In this document: in pieces, positions 10,261 to 19,387 of the stretch
How the letters are laid out: each line of letters opens with the position of its first letter
Position numbering within the stretch: position 1 is the stretch's first letter
Virus record (IMG/VR): IMGVR_UViG_3300042507_006854
Location: 82,950-146,949 of that record
Origin: a virus
Direction: 5' to 3' (one strand)
DNA: 64,000 nt
The notes under the pieces: model-generated
What the model was told of the DNA's origin: nothing
The model's input: the letters and a program-made list of their open reading frames with translations, nothing else
Database searches by the model: none
Made by a program: the position numbers and the translations under genes

Positions 10261-11880
10261 TTATTGATTCCTTGGTGGGTCAATACAAATGACTTGTTTA
10301 TTAGCTAATTTGAAACATCCGTAGACCCCAGATGGAATACTTTCTACTGTTTCATAATCATAAATATTCGTAGTATATAAGTTACGGAATCTTCTTGTTT
10401 TAGAATTATCTGGGAAAATTTTTATACCAGAAGGTAAATTTTTTCTTAATTGCAAATAACTATTATTAATTCCTTTTCTTAAATTATTATTTGATAATTC
10501 AATAGATTTTCTGAGATTATATGATAATCCGAACCCTCTTTTTAAGACTGGCTCTGAGATAATAAAATTTCCACTTCCCGTAGTTAAAGGATTTTTAAAA
10601 GTATTTCTTATTGTTTGATCAATGTATGAATTATCTCCGTAATTTTTATAGAAGAATCTAAATTCGTTATTTGTGCCCATACGGCCATCTTTAGTCGTGA
10701 TATATTCTAAAGTAATAGAATGTCCAGATGGTATTGTCCCATCCCATGTACCCGTCGCCAAAGTTTTATTATTTATATATAAACCACTGTAAAATTTATA
10801 GAACCACGTGTCTTTTAATGGGGTTGTTTGTTTTAATACGTTTAATAATTTATATTTATTATTAATTCCCGAATTAAAATTATCTATTATTGGGTTTAAA
10901 CTTATGCCAGAATCAAATATATTTTGACCGCTAGGTAAATATTCAGAACCAATATCTAAAATATTAACACTAATCCCAGAATTAATTTGAACATATTCAT
11001 ATTTTGGTGGTTTACCAGCAACTTTGGGTTGAATTTTTGAAAGTCTTAACTCTAAATTATCAACTATAGTATTAACAAATCTGTTTTGCACCCCGTGAGG
11101 ACTAACATAAACAATTTTTTCTGTTCCGTTTGTTGATTTTAATGATGCGACTAATAATCCATTCATGTCTTTATACATTTCAGGATATGTATAAACCGAA
11201 TCTAAAGCGATAACAGTATTTAATTGAAAAACTGGATATTGCCAAAGAGTTACGCTATTTGGGTATGGTAAATAACCTGAAACATTTTCATATTTCTTAT
11301 ATAAGAATGTATTTCTATTGTCGTAATTAATTCCGCTATTATAACCGGTAATATAATAGCCTGATGTTATAACATTGTTTTGAATAGTAATTGGTTGATA
11401 ATTAAGTTTAGCTCCTGTTAAAGATGTATTGTTTGATAGATTTGCGGGAAATTGAATTCTAGAGAAAGGTAAATTTCTATCAATACTTTTGAGATGTGTT
11501 TCTCTCGATTCTAAAAGTGGTTTAAAAAAATTGCTATTTAAAGTTTCAAATCTGATTTTATATGGAGCGAAATAAGAATAATCTCCATAGAAATTTAAGG
11601 CAAGTTCTGAAATAGTTTCATAAATTTTATTATCATTTTTAATAATAATATTTTCAAAAGCGTTTTGCTTTCTTCTACTAAAAAGAATATCATTATAAAG
11701 AGTTTTTCTTAGAACTGCTGTCGGTATAACGTTTCTTAAAGTTCCAAGATTTATTACATCAAATTTATAGTCACGAATTCTCGAATTTGGGTGTGGCTTA
11801 GTATCTATTCCAGCCCCATCAAATGCAGATGGAACAAAACTTAACCCTAATTTTTTATAATTATTTGTCGAAAGACTCAT
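10261..11880 (-). CDS. ribozyme-associated paralog A (539 aa)
   Basis: NLGTLR, KIVYVSPH, LKQTTPLKDTWFYKFYSG, TGTWDGTIPSG and GCFKL..C motifs shared with paralogs B-D. Confidence 0.8.
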   Translation of the reverse strand: MSLSTNNYKKLGLSFVPSAFDGAGIDTKPHPNSRIRDYKFDVINLGTLRNVIPTAVLRKTLYNDILFSRRKQNAFENIIIKNDNKIYETISELALNFYGDYSYFAPYKIRFETLNSNFFKPLLESRETHLKSIDRNLPFSRIQFPANLSNNTSLTGAKLNYQPITIQNNVITSGYYITGYNSGINYDNRNTFLYKKYENVSGYLPYPNSVTLWQYPVFQLNTVIALDSVYTYPEMYKDMNGLLVASLKSTNGTEKIVYVSPHGVQNRFVNTIVDNLELRLSKIQPKVAGKPPKYEYVQINSGISVNILDIGSEYLPSGQNIFDSGISLNPIIDNFNSGINNKYKLLNVLKQTTPLKDTWFYKFYSGLYINNKTLATGTWDGTIPSGHSITLEYITTKDGRMGTNNEFRFFYKNYGDNSYIDQTIRNTFKNPLTTGSGNFIISEPVLKRGFGLSYNLRKSIELSNNNLRKGINNSYLQLRKNLPSGIKIFPDNSKTRRFRNLYTTNIYDYETVESIPSGVYGCFKLANKQVICIDPPRNQ

Positions 11881-11885
11881 AGTTT

Positions 11886-11954
11886 ACCATCCCCTGTCAG
11901 ACACTATTCGGCGCTCTCTCTTGGTGAGCGCCTACTTCCGGTCTAACTGGGCAA
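11886..11954 (-). ncRNA. predicted circular RNA 1 (69 nt, or 66 nt if the terminal G is 11952)
   Basis: Lies between the ribozyme terminal G and the IGS-matched AUGGU|AAAC site; rod-like fold CCCAGUUAGAC/GUCUGACAGGG plus GGCGCUC/GAGCGCC. Confidence 0.65.
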
Positions 11955-12202
11955 CTTATGTTATCGTGCGGGAGTTTACCCCGCACATCTCTACGTCACC
12001 GTAGAGTTCAGACTATATCTTGTTTACGTTTGCACGTAAATCAGGGCGCTCGTGGGAAGATTACTGTCCGTTCTGGACTCGCTTCCTAGTCGTTACACCT
12101 TTTTCGTATTCCTACGAAACTTGGCTCGGTATTGTCTTTGCCGCGTTAGCGGCAAAGAGTTCCACCGAATTCACCCCGAAATGGCCTAAATTTTAAAAGA
12201 TC
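11955..12202 (-). ncRNA. group I ribozyme copy 1, permuted (no upstream exon, no P2)
   Basis: Minus strand: P3 UCGGGGUG/CGCCCUGA, P4 UCGGU/ACCGA, P7 ACGACUA/UAGUCU, J8/7 AAGAUA, P9 and P9.1 hairpins; IGS GCCAU at 12185-12181. Confidence 0.9.
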
Positions 12203-12236
12203 GATAATAATATTTACACGTAAATTTATGTTTTTT

Positions 12237-12947
12237 TTAAAAAATATTTAAATTTGAAGAGAATGTTTCTTCAACAATTCTTCTTGCTTCTTTATCCTCA
12301 GAATCTTTAACAGCGTAAACTAACTTATTATTATAAATACTACATTTATAAATAGAATCTCCAGCTAAGTTTTTAATTTCTTTAAAGTTGCCTTTAAAAT
12401 CAATTAAATATGAACGATAAACGCCATCCAAATCTGAAACAGTTATAATAAACCTGTCTTCTTGTTCAAAAACATTTGTTAATCTATAAATAAATTTATA
12501 TTCAAAAGGTAATTTAAATAGTTCATCGTTAACAATTAATTTATCATGACCATGTTTATGATCTATAGAAAACAATTTATTTTGAATCAAGCAAGAGCTA
12601 AACGATCTTGTTATTATGTTCATATCTCCAATAATATTTAAATTGGAATCTATAGGGATATTAATATAACAATATACAATAGGTGTATTTAAACCTTGAT
12701 TAAAACCAGCTGTATAGCCAAGATAAAGATTATTATCTTTAATTAAAATATGTGGATTACACTCTACGAGAATATCTCCATAAATGCCATATTTCGGGGT
12801 ATTAATTTCAGATTCAACATTATTCGAATCTTTCTTCCAAATTTTCCACGGAACGAGTTCGTATTCTCCGCCAAAATTTAATTTAATAGAATTTTCTGCA
12901 GAACAATATAGTAAGAAATTAGAAGATAAATAAGGTTGATGTTTCAT
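12237..12947 (-). CDS. hypothetical protein (beta-propeller-like)
   Basis: Long ORF, beta-strand-rich, with ECNP motif. Confidence 0.65.
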   Translation of the reverse strand: MKHQPYLSSNFLLYCSAENSIKLNFGGEYELVPWKIWKKDSNNVESEINTPKYGIYGDILVECNPHILIKDNNLYLGYTAGFNQGLNTPIVYCYINIPIDSNLNIIGDMNIITRSFSSCLIQNKLFSIDHKHGHDKLIVNDELFKLPFEYKFIYRLTNVFEQEDRFIITVSDLDGVYRSYLIDFKGNFKEIKNLAGDSIYKCSIYNNKLVYAVKDSEDKEARRIVEETFSSNLNIF

Positions 12948-12964
12948 TTTTTTATTAATTTTGT

Positions 12965-13711
12965 TTATTCCAATGAATCTAAAAGAATGTCCAAACTCCG
13001 TGAAGATGTAGTTGAAGGGTCATTGCCTCCACAGTTTTTTCTTAGTTCCATATACCCAGGATAAGTATAACCAGGTGGTTTAAATTTATTAGGCGGTTTA
13101 CAACTATCACCATAATTGACTCCAGCACCCGCTTCTACGAGTGAATAATTACAACCACAACCACCGCTACCATTTTGTTGATTTCTTTGAGCTTGTCGCA
13201 TAGCTCTTTCTAAAGTTGCCACTGGATCCATGTCACCCTCAAGTTGTGCAGCATCAAAAGCGTCATAGAATTCTTGTTCTCTGTCGGTTGGTCCGCCCGA
13301 TTCGCAACCTGTTAACGCACTAGCTACGGCGGCAGCGCTCCCTGCACCAGCTAACCATTTAGCCGTGCGCGCGGGACCACTTTGTTTAAGTTCTTCTGTA
13401 GCTTTATCTATCATACTATTACCAATACCATTTGCAATTTTTGACTGTAATTCTTGACAAGTGTAATTACTATCCGATCCAGGAAAAAATTTTTCATTAC
13501 TCTTGCCAGATTTAAGGTTAGTATAAGATTGATGAAATCCTCTACCACCATTCGGACCCCAATGAGAAGTTTTCCAAGAGCCACCCAAAACAATGTCATC
13601 TGGTGTTGGTAAAGCTCCACAACTATTTAATTTATCTGCCGCAGCTTTTTTAGCGCAACTTGGGAAAGCAAATCGCATGGCTTTTATAAATTCAATTACA
13701 GCTTTTATCAT
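12965..13711 (-). CDS. Ala/Gly/Cys-rich hypothetical protein (cargo of cassette B)
   Basis: Hydrophobic AGAGSAAAVASALTGC segment and GCGC motif. Confidence 0.7.
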   Translation of the reverse strand: MIKAVIEFIKAMRFAFPSCAKKAAADKLNSCGALPTPDDIVLGGSWKTSHWGPNGGRGFHQSYTNLKSGKSNEKFFPGSDSNYTCQELQSKIANGIGNSMIDKATEELKQSGPARTAKWLAGAGSAAAVASALTGCESGGPTDREQEFYDAFDAAQLEGDMDPVATLERAMRQAQRNQQNGSGGCGCNYSLVEAGAGVNYGDSCKPPNKFKPPGYTYPGYMELRKNCGGNDPSTTSSRSLDILLDSLE

Positions 13712-13713
13712 AT

Positions 13714-14649
13714 TTAAAATCTCCTATAATCGGGTTTGTTTTGAATGTTTGTAGTATTTGGTTTTAATGGGTTCATATTTAAAACTCTATTACCAAAAAC
13801 CTCTACATCAAAATATTTTCTAGTTTTTACTTCGACATATGGAAAATGAATAAAAATTATAAATTCTAACGGTTTTTGAACAATACTCTTGTCATTATTA
13901 AATTCATTTAGTAATGAAGATCTTAAACTTGAAGTTAAATTATTAAAAGTTGATGAATTCCAACTTTTCGCCGCAATATGTGGAATAATAGATCTTTGTG
14001 GTAAATTATTTATTATATTGTAAATAGATTCTATAAAAAGATATGTAATTGATCTATTAATAGATGGATCCATTAAAAATTCTATATTAGAATTTACAGG
14101 CGTATTTTTTAGAGGGCCATACCACGGATTTGTTCCGGATGGGTTCGCTGTATAATATACATCATGATAAAAACTGCCACATTTATTATTAGCAGATAAT
14201 GAATTAAAAAGTTTTTTATTTTCTAATTCATAATTAATTGTGTTAGCGAAGACCTCAAGGCTATCCCTATTAATTATTTGATTTTCTCTATTAATTGGAT
14301 AATAGAATCCTGATATTAATGATAATTTACTATTTAAATATTTAATTAAAGGATCAGGATTAGAATTTTCATTATTATTTACCAAGGTCGTGGGATATGG
14401 ACGACTAACGTCATTAGTAATATCAACTGTTATTAAACGAGATGGATAAAAATTAATATCAATATTTGCAATATTTGTTCGAAAACCTTGTTCATGATGA
14501 ACTATTGTAGACAGTTCTTCAATATTAAGACCTGTTTCAGGAGTTTTATCTAAAAAAACTACTCGGGCTGCATACCATTGAGGATTCGTTGGGCTGAATT
14601 TTTGAGTTAATGGGGTTAATGCAGTATTCATATTTATGTATAGCTCCAA
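13714..14649 (-). CDS. hypothetical protein (cargo of cassette B)
   Basis: 311-aa ORF overlapping the end of paralog B; start uncertain. Confidence 0.7.
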   Translation of the reverse strand: MELYINMNTALTPLTQKFSPTNPQWYAARVVFLDKTPETGLNIEELSTIVHHEQGFRTNIANIDINFYPSRLITVDITNDVSRPYPTTLVNNNENSNPDPLIKYLNSKLSLISGFYYPINRENQIINRDSLEVFANTINYELENKKLFNSLSANNKCGSFYHDVYYTANPSGTNPWYGPLKNTPVNSNIEFLMDPSINRSITYLFIESIYNIINNLPQRSIIPHIAAKSWNSSTFNNLTSSLRSSLLNEFNNDKSIVQKPLEFIIFIHFPYVEVKTRKYFDVEVFGNRVLNMNPLKPNTTNIQNKPDYRRF

Positions 14650-17378
14650 ACTTTAAGTGGACCTCCGTTTATAGTCGTCCAGCGGTCTAAAATTGTATAA
14701 CCATTGCCTAAAATAGGCTCAGATATATAAATATCACTACCCTGACCGCTCAATTTACAATAAATATCATTATTTGATAATTTAAAGCATCCTCCAGAAT
14801 TTGGTGGAATATTAGCGATAGAATAATAATTATAATTACCAGGTTTAATTCCAGTAAAATAATTTTCAAAATATTGTCCTATAAGAAAACTTTTAATTCT
14901 ACGGTCATTCGCGGTATAATTAACAATTTCTGGCAAAAATTTTCTTATCTTTGCAATGTAAGAATTTCTTTCAAACTTTCTATATTTTAGTTTATTTTTC
15001 CAAAAAGCTTCATTTAAAGAATTAAATGAGATACTATAAAAAGTTTTTTTTGTATTATATTCTTGTAACATCATTATCATTTTAATATAAACATCTTGTA
15101 CCGAATTAGATCCATAATAATCATGCACTAATAAAAATTCATTTGTTGTTCCACATGGATTTTCACTTGTTGATAGGTATTCAATAAATAATTGAGTACC
15201 ACTTGGTATAATTCCATTCCAAGTTCCGGTATTAAAAGTTTTACCGCCATTCCCAGTTGTATAAATTCCACTGTATAACTTATAAAACCAAGTATCTTTT
15301 ATAGGAGTTGTTTGTTTTAAATGGTCACTAATTTTATATAAATCATTATTTATTAAATGATATCCAAATATAGATTGATTAGCTTGCTCTGTAATTTGTT
15401 GGGTTGTTAAGCCTGGATATAAATTATATAATGCTGGATTTTGGGCAACCCAATCTTGAGTCACGTATCCACTTTTTGGCCAAAGACCACTACCCGTAGT
15501 AGCTGTATTAAGTCTTTCTATATATGGTTTAGAATATAATCCAGAATCTGGAAATACAAAACCACTATTATTATGAAAAGAGTCTAGGTCATACCCAAGA
15601 ATTGTAATTCCAGAAACTACTTTTCTATATTCTAAACTTGGGGCCGATAATCTTCTTATATAATCTCTTCCGATTAGTATAGTTGTTTCAATTCCGCTAT
15701 TATGAATTATATTACTCCAATATCTTTGTTGTGTAGTGTTTGTTGTTAATGCGAATCCAGACCAATTAATTCCGTTAGATGACTTAAAACCGCTAGAAGT
15801 TTGTGAATAATTGTCTGGAATAATAGTCCATTCTTTACCATCATGAGTAATTCCGGCCCAGCTTGTATTAGCTGGTAAAGTTCCTACAGACCATCCGCTA
15901 CCATTTGTAGAAGTAAGATATTGATTGCCATATGATGGTATCCCAATAAATCTTCCATTTGCAAATTGTATATCTTTAATATAAAGACTTCCTGGAAGTG
16001 AGAATTCTTGCCAATTAATCCCATTTAGAGAAATAGCTCCCATAGGAGAAGAGTAAAATCCGCCACCAGCATTATTAATAGCGACCCATTTACCATCTCC
16101 ATAAGCTAAAGATCTATAATCTGTTTGGCCAGCAGATGTTGGTAATGCTGCATTTCCACTCCAATTTACTCCGTCTGTAGAAGTAATAGTTCTATCAGAA
16201 CTATCTCTACCTAATATTACCCAACGATTGATACCATTAAAAACAATTTTTTTGAACTGCGTCATTGGGAAATATTGACCGTTATTACTTCCATTTATAT
16301 CTATTTCTGACCATGTTTGTCCATTATTAGTGGACGTAGCCCCTTTTGCAAAAGAAACATTATGAAAGGATGGAAGAGCTATCCAACGACCTGTTCCATA
16401 AGCGATATTTGCCCATAGAGCGGTATGAGGTAAAGCTTCAATACGTAATTCCCAACTTTTTCCATTTTGTGATCTAGCGAGATCTGTTGTGCTACCACCA
16501 TATTTGTTTGACCCAACTGCAATCCAATAACCACTACCATAATCAGCATCCATCCACTGCCCATCAAGCCTTGTTTCAACATCTTTTTGTTGTTTAGACA
16601 GCGAAACTTCTATATTCTCTACAATTGTATTAAAAAATTGTTTTTCGGCTTTGTGTGGGCTAATATAGACTATTTTTTGGTTAGTTGGTGTTCCCGTACT
16701 TAAAATTAATAATCCATTCATTGGGGCATTTGGTAAAAATGCATTTCTAACTAATTTTGTGGGTATATTATATTTTGGATAAGTTTGTTGGAAAATTGTT
16801 TGTGGATATGGTACATAAGCCCCAGAATAAGATACGAAATGATTTTTTTCTTCTAAAGATTTAATAATCGGGTTATTAATATTAGGAGTTTTATATGTTG
16901 TAAAATATCCTGATAATGTATTTGTATTTGATACTTTCCATTCTCTTGGAAAAGAAAATCTTGCGTAAGATTTAAGAGGGTCTGTATTTCTAACATGTGA
17001 CGCTGGTAATTTAAGCATCTTGCTATAAAATTTTTGGTCAAAAAAATCTAAATGAATTAAATTCATTTTAAAACTTTCTAGCTCCCCATATTTTTTTTCA
17101 AAAAATTCTGAAAAAGCTTTATAATAAATATCTGAAGGTAATTTATTATTTGACCATATAACTTTGCCGTAATACCCAGCACTATTACTATCATTAAAAA
17201 ATTCTATTTGTTTTTCTGCAACAATCGCATGATTTGGATTTTTTAAAGTTCCAAAATTTGCGTTTTTTGTAATGAATGACGCCAATGCCGCATTTTTATT
17301 AGGAACTAAATTTACGTTTTCAAGTAACGAAAGTGTTCCGCCTAATCCAAGATTAGTTGCATCATTATAAATACTCAT
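14634..17378 (-). CDS. ribozyme-associated paralog B (914 aa) with inserted Asp-box/beta-propeller repeats
   Basis: Family motifs (NFGTLK, KIVYISPH, LKQTTPIKDTWFYKLYSG, TFNTGTWNGIIPSG) plus repeated SxNGxxW / STDGVNW. Confidence 0.8.
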   Translation of the reverse strand: MSIYNDATNLGLGGTLSLLENVNLVPNKNAALASFITKNANFGTLKNPNHAIVAEKQIEFFNDSNSAGYYGKVIWSNNKLPSDIYYKAFSEFFEKKYGELESFKMNLIHLDFFDQKFYSKMLKLPASHVRNTDPLKSYARFSFPREWKVSNTNTLSGYFTTYKTPNINNPIIKSLEEKNHFVSYSGAYVPYPQTIFQQTYPKYNIPTKLVRNAFLPNAPMNGLLILSTGTPTNQKIVYISPHKAEKQFFNTIVENIEVSLSKQQKDVETRLDGQWMDADYGSGYWIAVGSNKYGGSTTDLARSQNGKSWELRIEALPHTALWANIAYGTGRWIALPSFHNVSFAKGATSTNNGQTWSEIDINGSNNGQYFPMTQFKKIVFNGINRWVILGRDSSDRTITSTDGVNWSGNAALPTSAGQTDYRSLAYGDGKWVAINNAGGGFYSSPMGAISLNGINWQEFSLPGSLYIKDIQFANGRFIGIPSYGNQYLTSTNGSGWSVGTLPANTSWAGITHDGKEWTIIPDNYSQTSSGFKSSNGINWSGFALTTNTTQQRYWSNIIHNSGIETTILIGRDYIRRLSAPSLEYRKVVSGITILGYDLDSFHNNSGFVFPDSGLYSKPYIERLNTATTGSGLWPKSGYVTQDWVAQNPALYNLYPGLTTQQITEQANQSIFGYHLINNDLYKISDHLKQTTPIKDTWFYKLYSGIYTTGNGGKTFNTGTWNGIIPSGTQLFIEYLSTSENPCGTTNEFLLVHDYYGSNSVQDVYIKMIMMLQEYNTKKTFYSISFNSLNEAFWKNKLKYRKFERNSYIAKIRKFLPEIVNYTANDRRIKSFLIGQYFENYFTGIKPGNYNYYSIANIPPNSGGCFKLSNNDIYCKLSGQGSDIYISEPILGNGYTILDRWTTINGGPLKVWSYT

Positions 17379-17386
17379 AAGTTTTT

Positions 17387-17452
17387 AACCAACAGAAGAA
17401 TTTTTTTTCATACCGGGATTCAATCCGGCCGAAATGATTTACTTCCACTTAT
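17387..17452 (-). ncRNA. predicted circular RNA 2 (66 nt)
   Basis: Between terminal G 17453 and the GGUU|AAAAAC site matching IGS GACC; rod-like fold. Confidence 0.65.
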
Positions 17453-17704
17453 CAACGTGTTATCGTGCGGGAGTTTACCCCGCACATCTCTACGTCACCG
17501 TAGAGTTCAGACTATATCTTGTTTACGTTTGCACGTAAATCAGGGCGCTCGTGGGAAGATTACTGTCCGTTCTGGACTCGCTTCCTAGTCGTTACACCTT
17601 TTTCGTATTCCTACGAAACTTGGCTCGGTATTGTCTTTGCCGCGTTAGCGGCAAAGAGTTCCACCGAATTCACCCCGAAAGGTCATATTAATATTTTAAA
17701 GAAC
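17453..17704 (-). ncRNA. group I ribozyme copy 2, permuted
   Basis: Core 17458-17680 reads identical to 11959-12181; IGS GACC at 17684-17681. Confidence 0.9.
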
Positions 17705-17751
17705 AGTAATAATTACACTTAAATATTTGAAATGTAGATTTTTTTATAAAA

Positions 17752-18519
17752 TTATCTTTTATATTGACTTGGAACTGGGAAATTATTACATTTTTTGGGT
17801 TCTATATCATTATTATTTAATAGTCTATAACTTTGTAGATTTACTTTATTTTTTGATTTAAATTTAATTATAGGAGAGGTAAAAACAATATCTAGATTTA
17901 AGGCATGAGGAACAATAGTCCCACGATTTCCAGTTTTTGATTCTAATTCTATTTGTTTTTGCTCGGTTGGTATACTTCCCATTGCGTAACCATAACAATC
18001 AAAATAATCTTTTTCCGGATTAGTAGCGTCAGTCCATTGGTTGTTTATATTTTTATATCTAATTAAACCAAGATTTAATTCAAGATCTTCTTTTTTATAT
18101 TCATTATTCAAGTATTTATTTAATAAAGATGAGAATTGCTTTGAAGAACGAATATCTTGATTATTTTCAGTATAATTGCTTCCTAAAGATTTAAACTCTA
18201 ACGAAAATTCTTGAAAGTCTGGTTGTGGTCCTTCCCATTTTGGGCTTTTAGGGCCGATTCTTGGAATAAAATTTGTATAGGGTTTTGTTGAGAAATTTCC
18301 AGGTTTTAAAATTTTCTTATAGTGTTGAGAGCGTACTATTTTTTGATTATAATTTTCAACAATTACCGATTCAGAATCTTGTGTTAAGATGTTAGTAATA
18401 TTTATAAATACTTGATCTGGCGGAGCCACCGAAGTCGTTTCTAAATTAATCCGTTTTCCGCCCAGAGAAATAGAAGTTCTTACACCATGTTTAAAATTTG
18501 TTGTGTCGATATTAATCAT
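17752..18519 (-). CDS. hypothetical protein (cargo of cassette C)
   Basis: 255-aa ORF; C-terminus weakly resembles 13714..14649. Confidence 0.7.
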   Translation of the reverse strand: MINIDTTNFKHGVRTSISLGGKRINLETTSVAPPDQVFINITNILTQDSESVIVENYNQKIVRSQHYKKILKPGNFSTKPYTNFIPRIGPKSPKWEGPQPDFQEFSLEFKSLGSNYTENNQDIRSSKQFSSLLNKYLNNEYKKEDLELNLGLIRYKNINNQWTDATNPEKDYFDCYGYAMGSIPTEQKQIELESKTGNRGTIVPHALNLDIVFTSPIIKFKSKNKVNLQSYRLLNNNDIEPKKCNNFPVPSQYKR

Positions 18520-18532
18520 AAATTTTATTTTT

Positions 18533-19387
18533 CTAACCTATTACTGGCCATAGTTGTGCCCCTCCGTTCTGTGAAGAATTTTGTGCTTCTCCGTCTATTT
18601 CATCTGAACAGCTATCGCCCCCATCGTCTGTTTCGTCTAAATCTTCCTCTTTTTCATCTTCTTCTTCTTCGTTTTCGTCGTCATCGTCTTTATCGGGCGG
18701 ATAATCTTTATTACGTTTTCTATTCTTATCGGGTCTTTTATCTCTACATCCTGGACAATTTGGATCATTATTACTTATTACCGTATCATCGGGATTTAGT
18801 AATTCATTTGCCAAAGCGCCTACCGCTCCTGCAGCGAGAGTCGCGGCGGCTCCAACTCCTTGAGGACTACTGAGAGCGCCATCTATCGCAGCTTTTGTAG
18901 CCGCTTTAGCTTCTGCATTTAAAGCTGTTTGCTCCATTTTTGCTAAGCCATGAGCATGCTCTCTTATAAAATTTTCTTTACGTACAGTTTGATTTAACAG
19001 GTCAGATTTTCTCACCTCGTTAAAATTTTCCATTAGAGATTTAGCGCTTGTATCTCCACGCCAAGCTGCTTGTTTAGACGCTTTATCCCATAAGCTTGCT
19101 GGAGAGGATGGTTTGAGAATGTTGTCTCTTAAATAACCTTGCATTTCGGGCCTATTAAGTTGTGCCCTTGCAGCTTGAGTTATTCCATCTCGACCAGTAT
19201 TATTTACGATAGTATTACTAACTTCACCGATTTTATATCCAGGTTTACCAACACCAGCCTTTAATCCTTGAGAAATACCTCTTGATGTTGACCACGATTT
19301 ACTTACAGCCTTTGCTGCTGCAGCCACTGCAGCGCTTTGTGTCGCAGCTCTTGCGGCGAGTCCACCTAATAGTAAAGGAAATCCCAT
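18533..19387 (-). CDS. Ala-rich protein with hydrophobic segment, CPGC motif and acidic tail (cargo of cassette C)
   Basis: Coupled to paralog C by TAATG overlap; GAAATLAAGAVGALA, CPGC, D/E-rich tract. Confidence 0.75.
   Translation of the reverse strand: MGFPLLLGGLAARAATQSAAVAAAAKAVSKSWSTSRGISQGLKAGVGKPGYKIGEVSNTIVNNTGRDGITQAARAQLNRPEMQGYLRDNILKPSSPASLWDKASKQAAWRGDTSAKSLMENFNEVRKSDLLNQTVRKENFIREHAHGLAKMEQTALNAEAKAATKAAIDGALSSPQGVGAAATLAAGAVGALANELLNPDDTVISNNDPNCPGCRDKRPDKNRKRNKDYPPDKDDDDENEEEEDEKEEDLDETDDGGDSCSDEIDGEAQNSSQNGGAQLWPVIG

Noticed and set aside
11886-11954. Endless rolling-circle ORF in circles whose length is a multiple of 3
   Set aside because: Circle 1 has stops in all three frames; the AUG frames checked in circles 2 and 4 also hit stops.
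11955-12202. Ordinary cis-splicing introns interrupting a gene, or mobile introns with homing endonucleases
   Set aside because: No upstream exon or local P1 hairpin (promoter motif and boxA lie directly 5'), no interrupted ORF or tRNA, and no endonuclease ORF in any loop.
17387-17460. ACGTTGATA resembling the 3' end of 23S rRNA (possible rRNA trans-splicing)
   Set aside because: The similarity is only about 9 nt and spans the intron end; the rest is not rRNA-like, and the guides have matching sites in cis.
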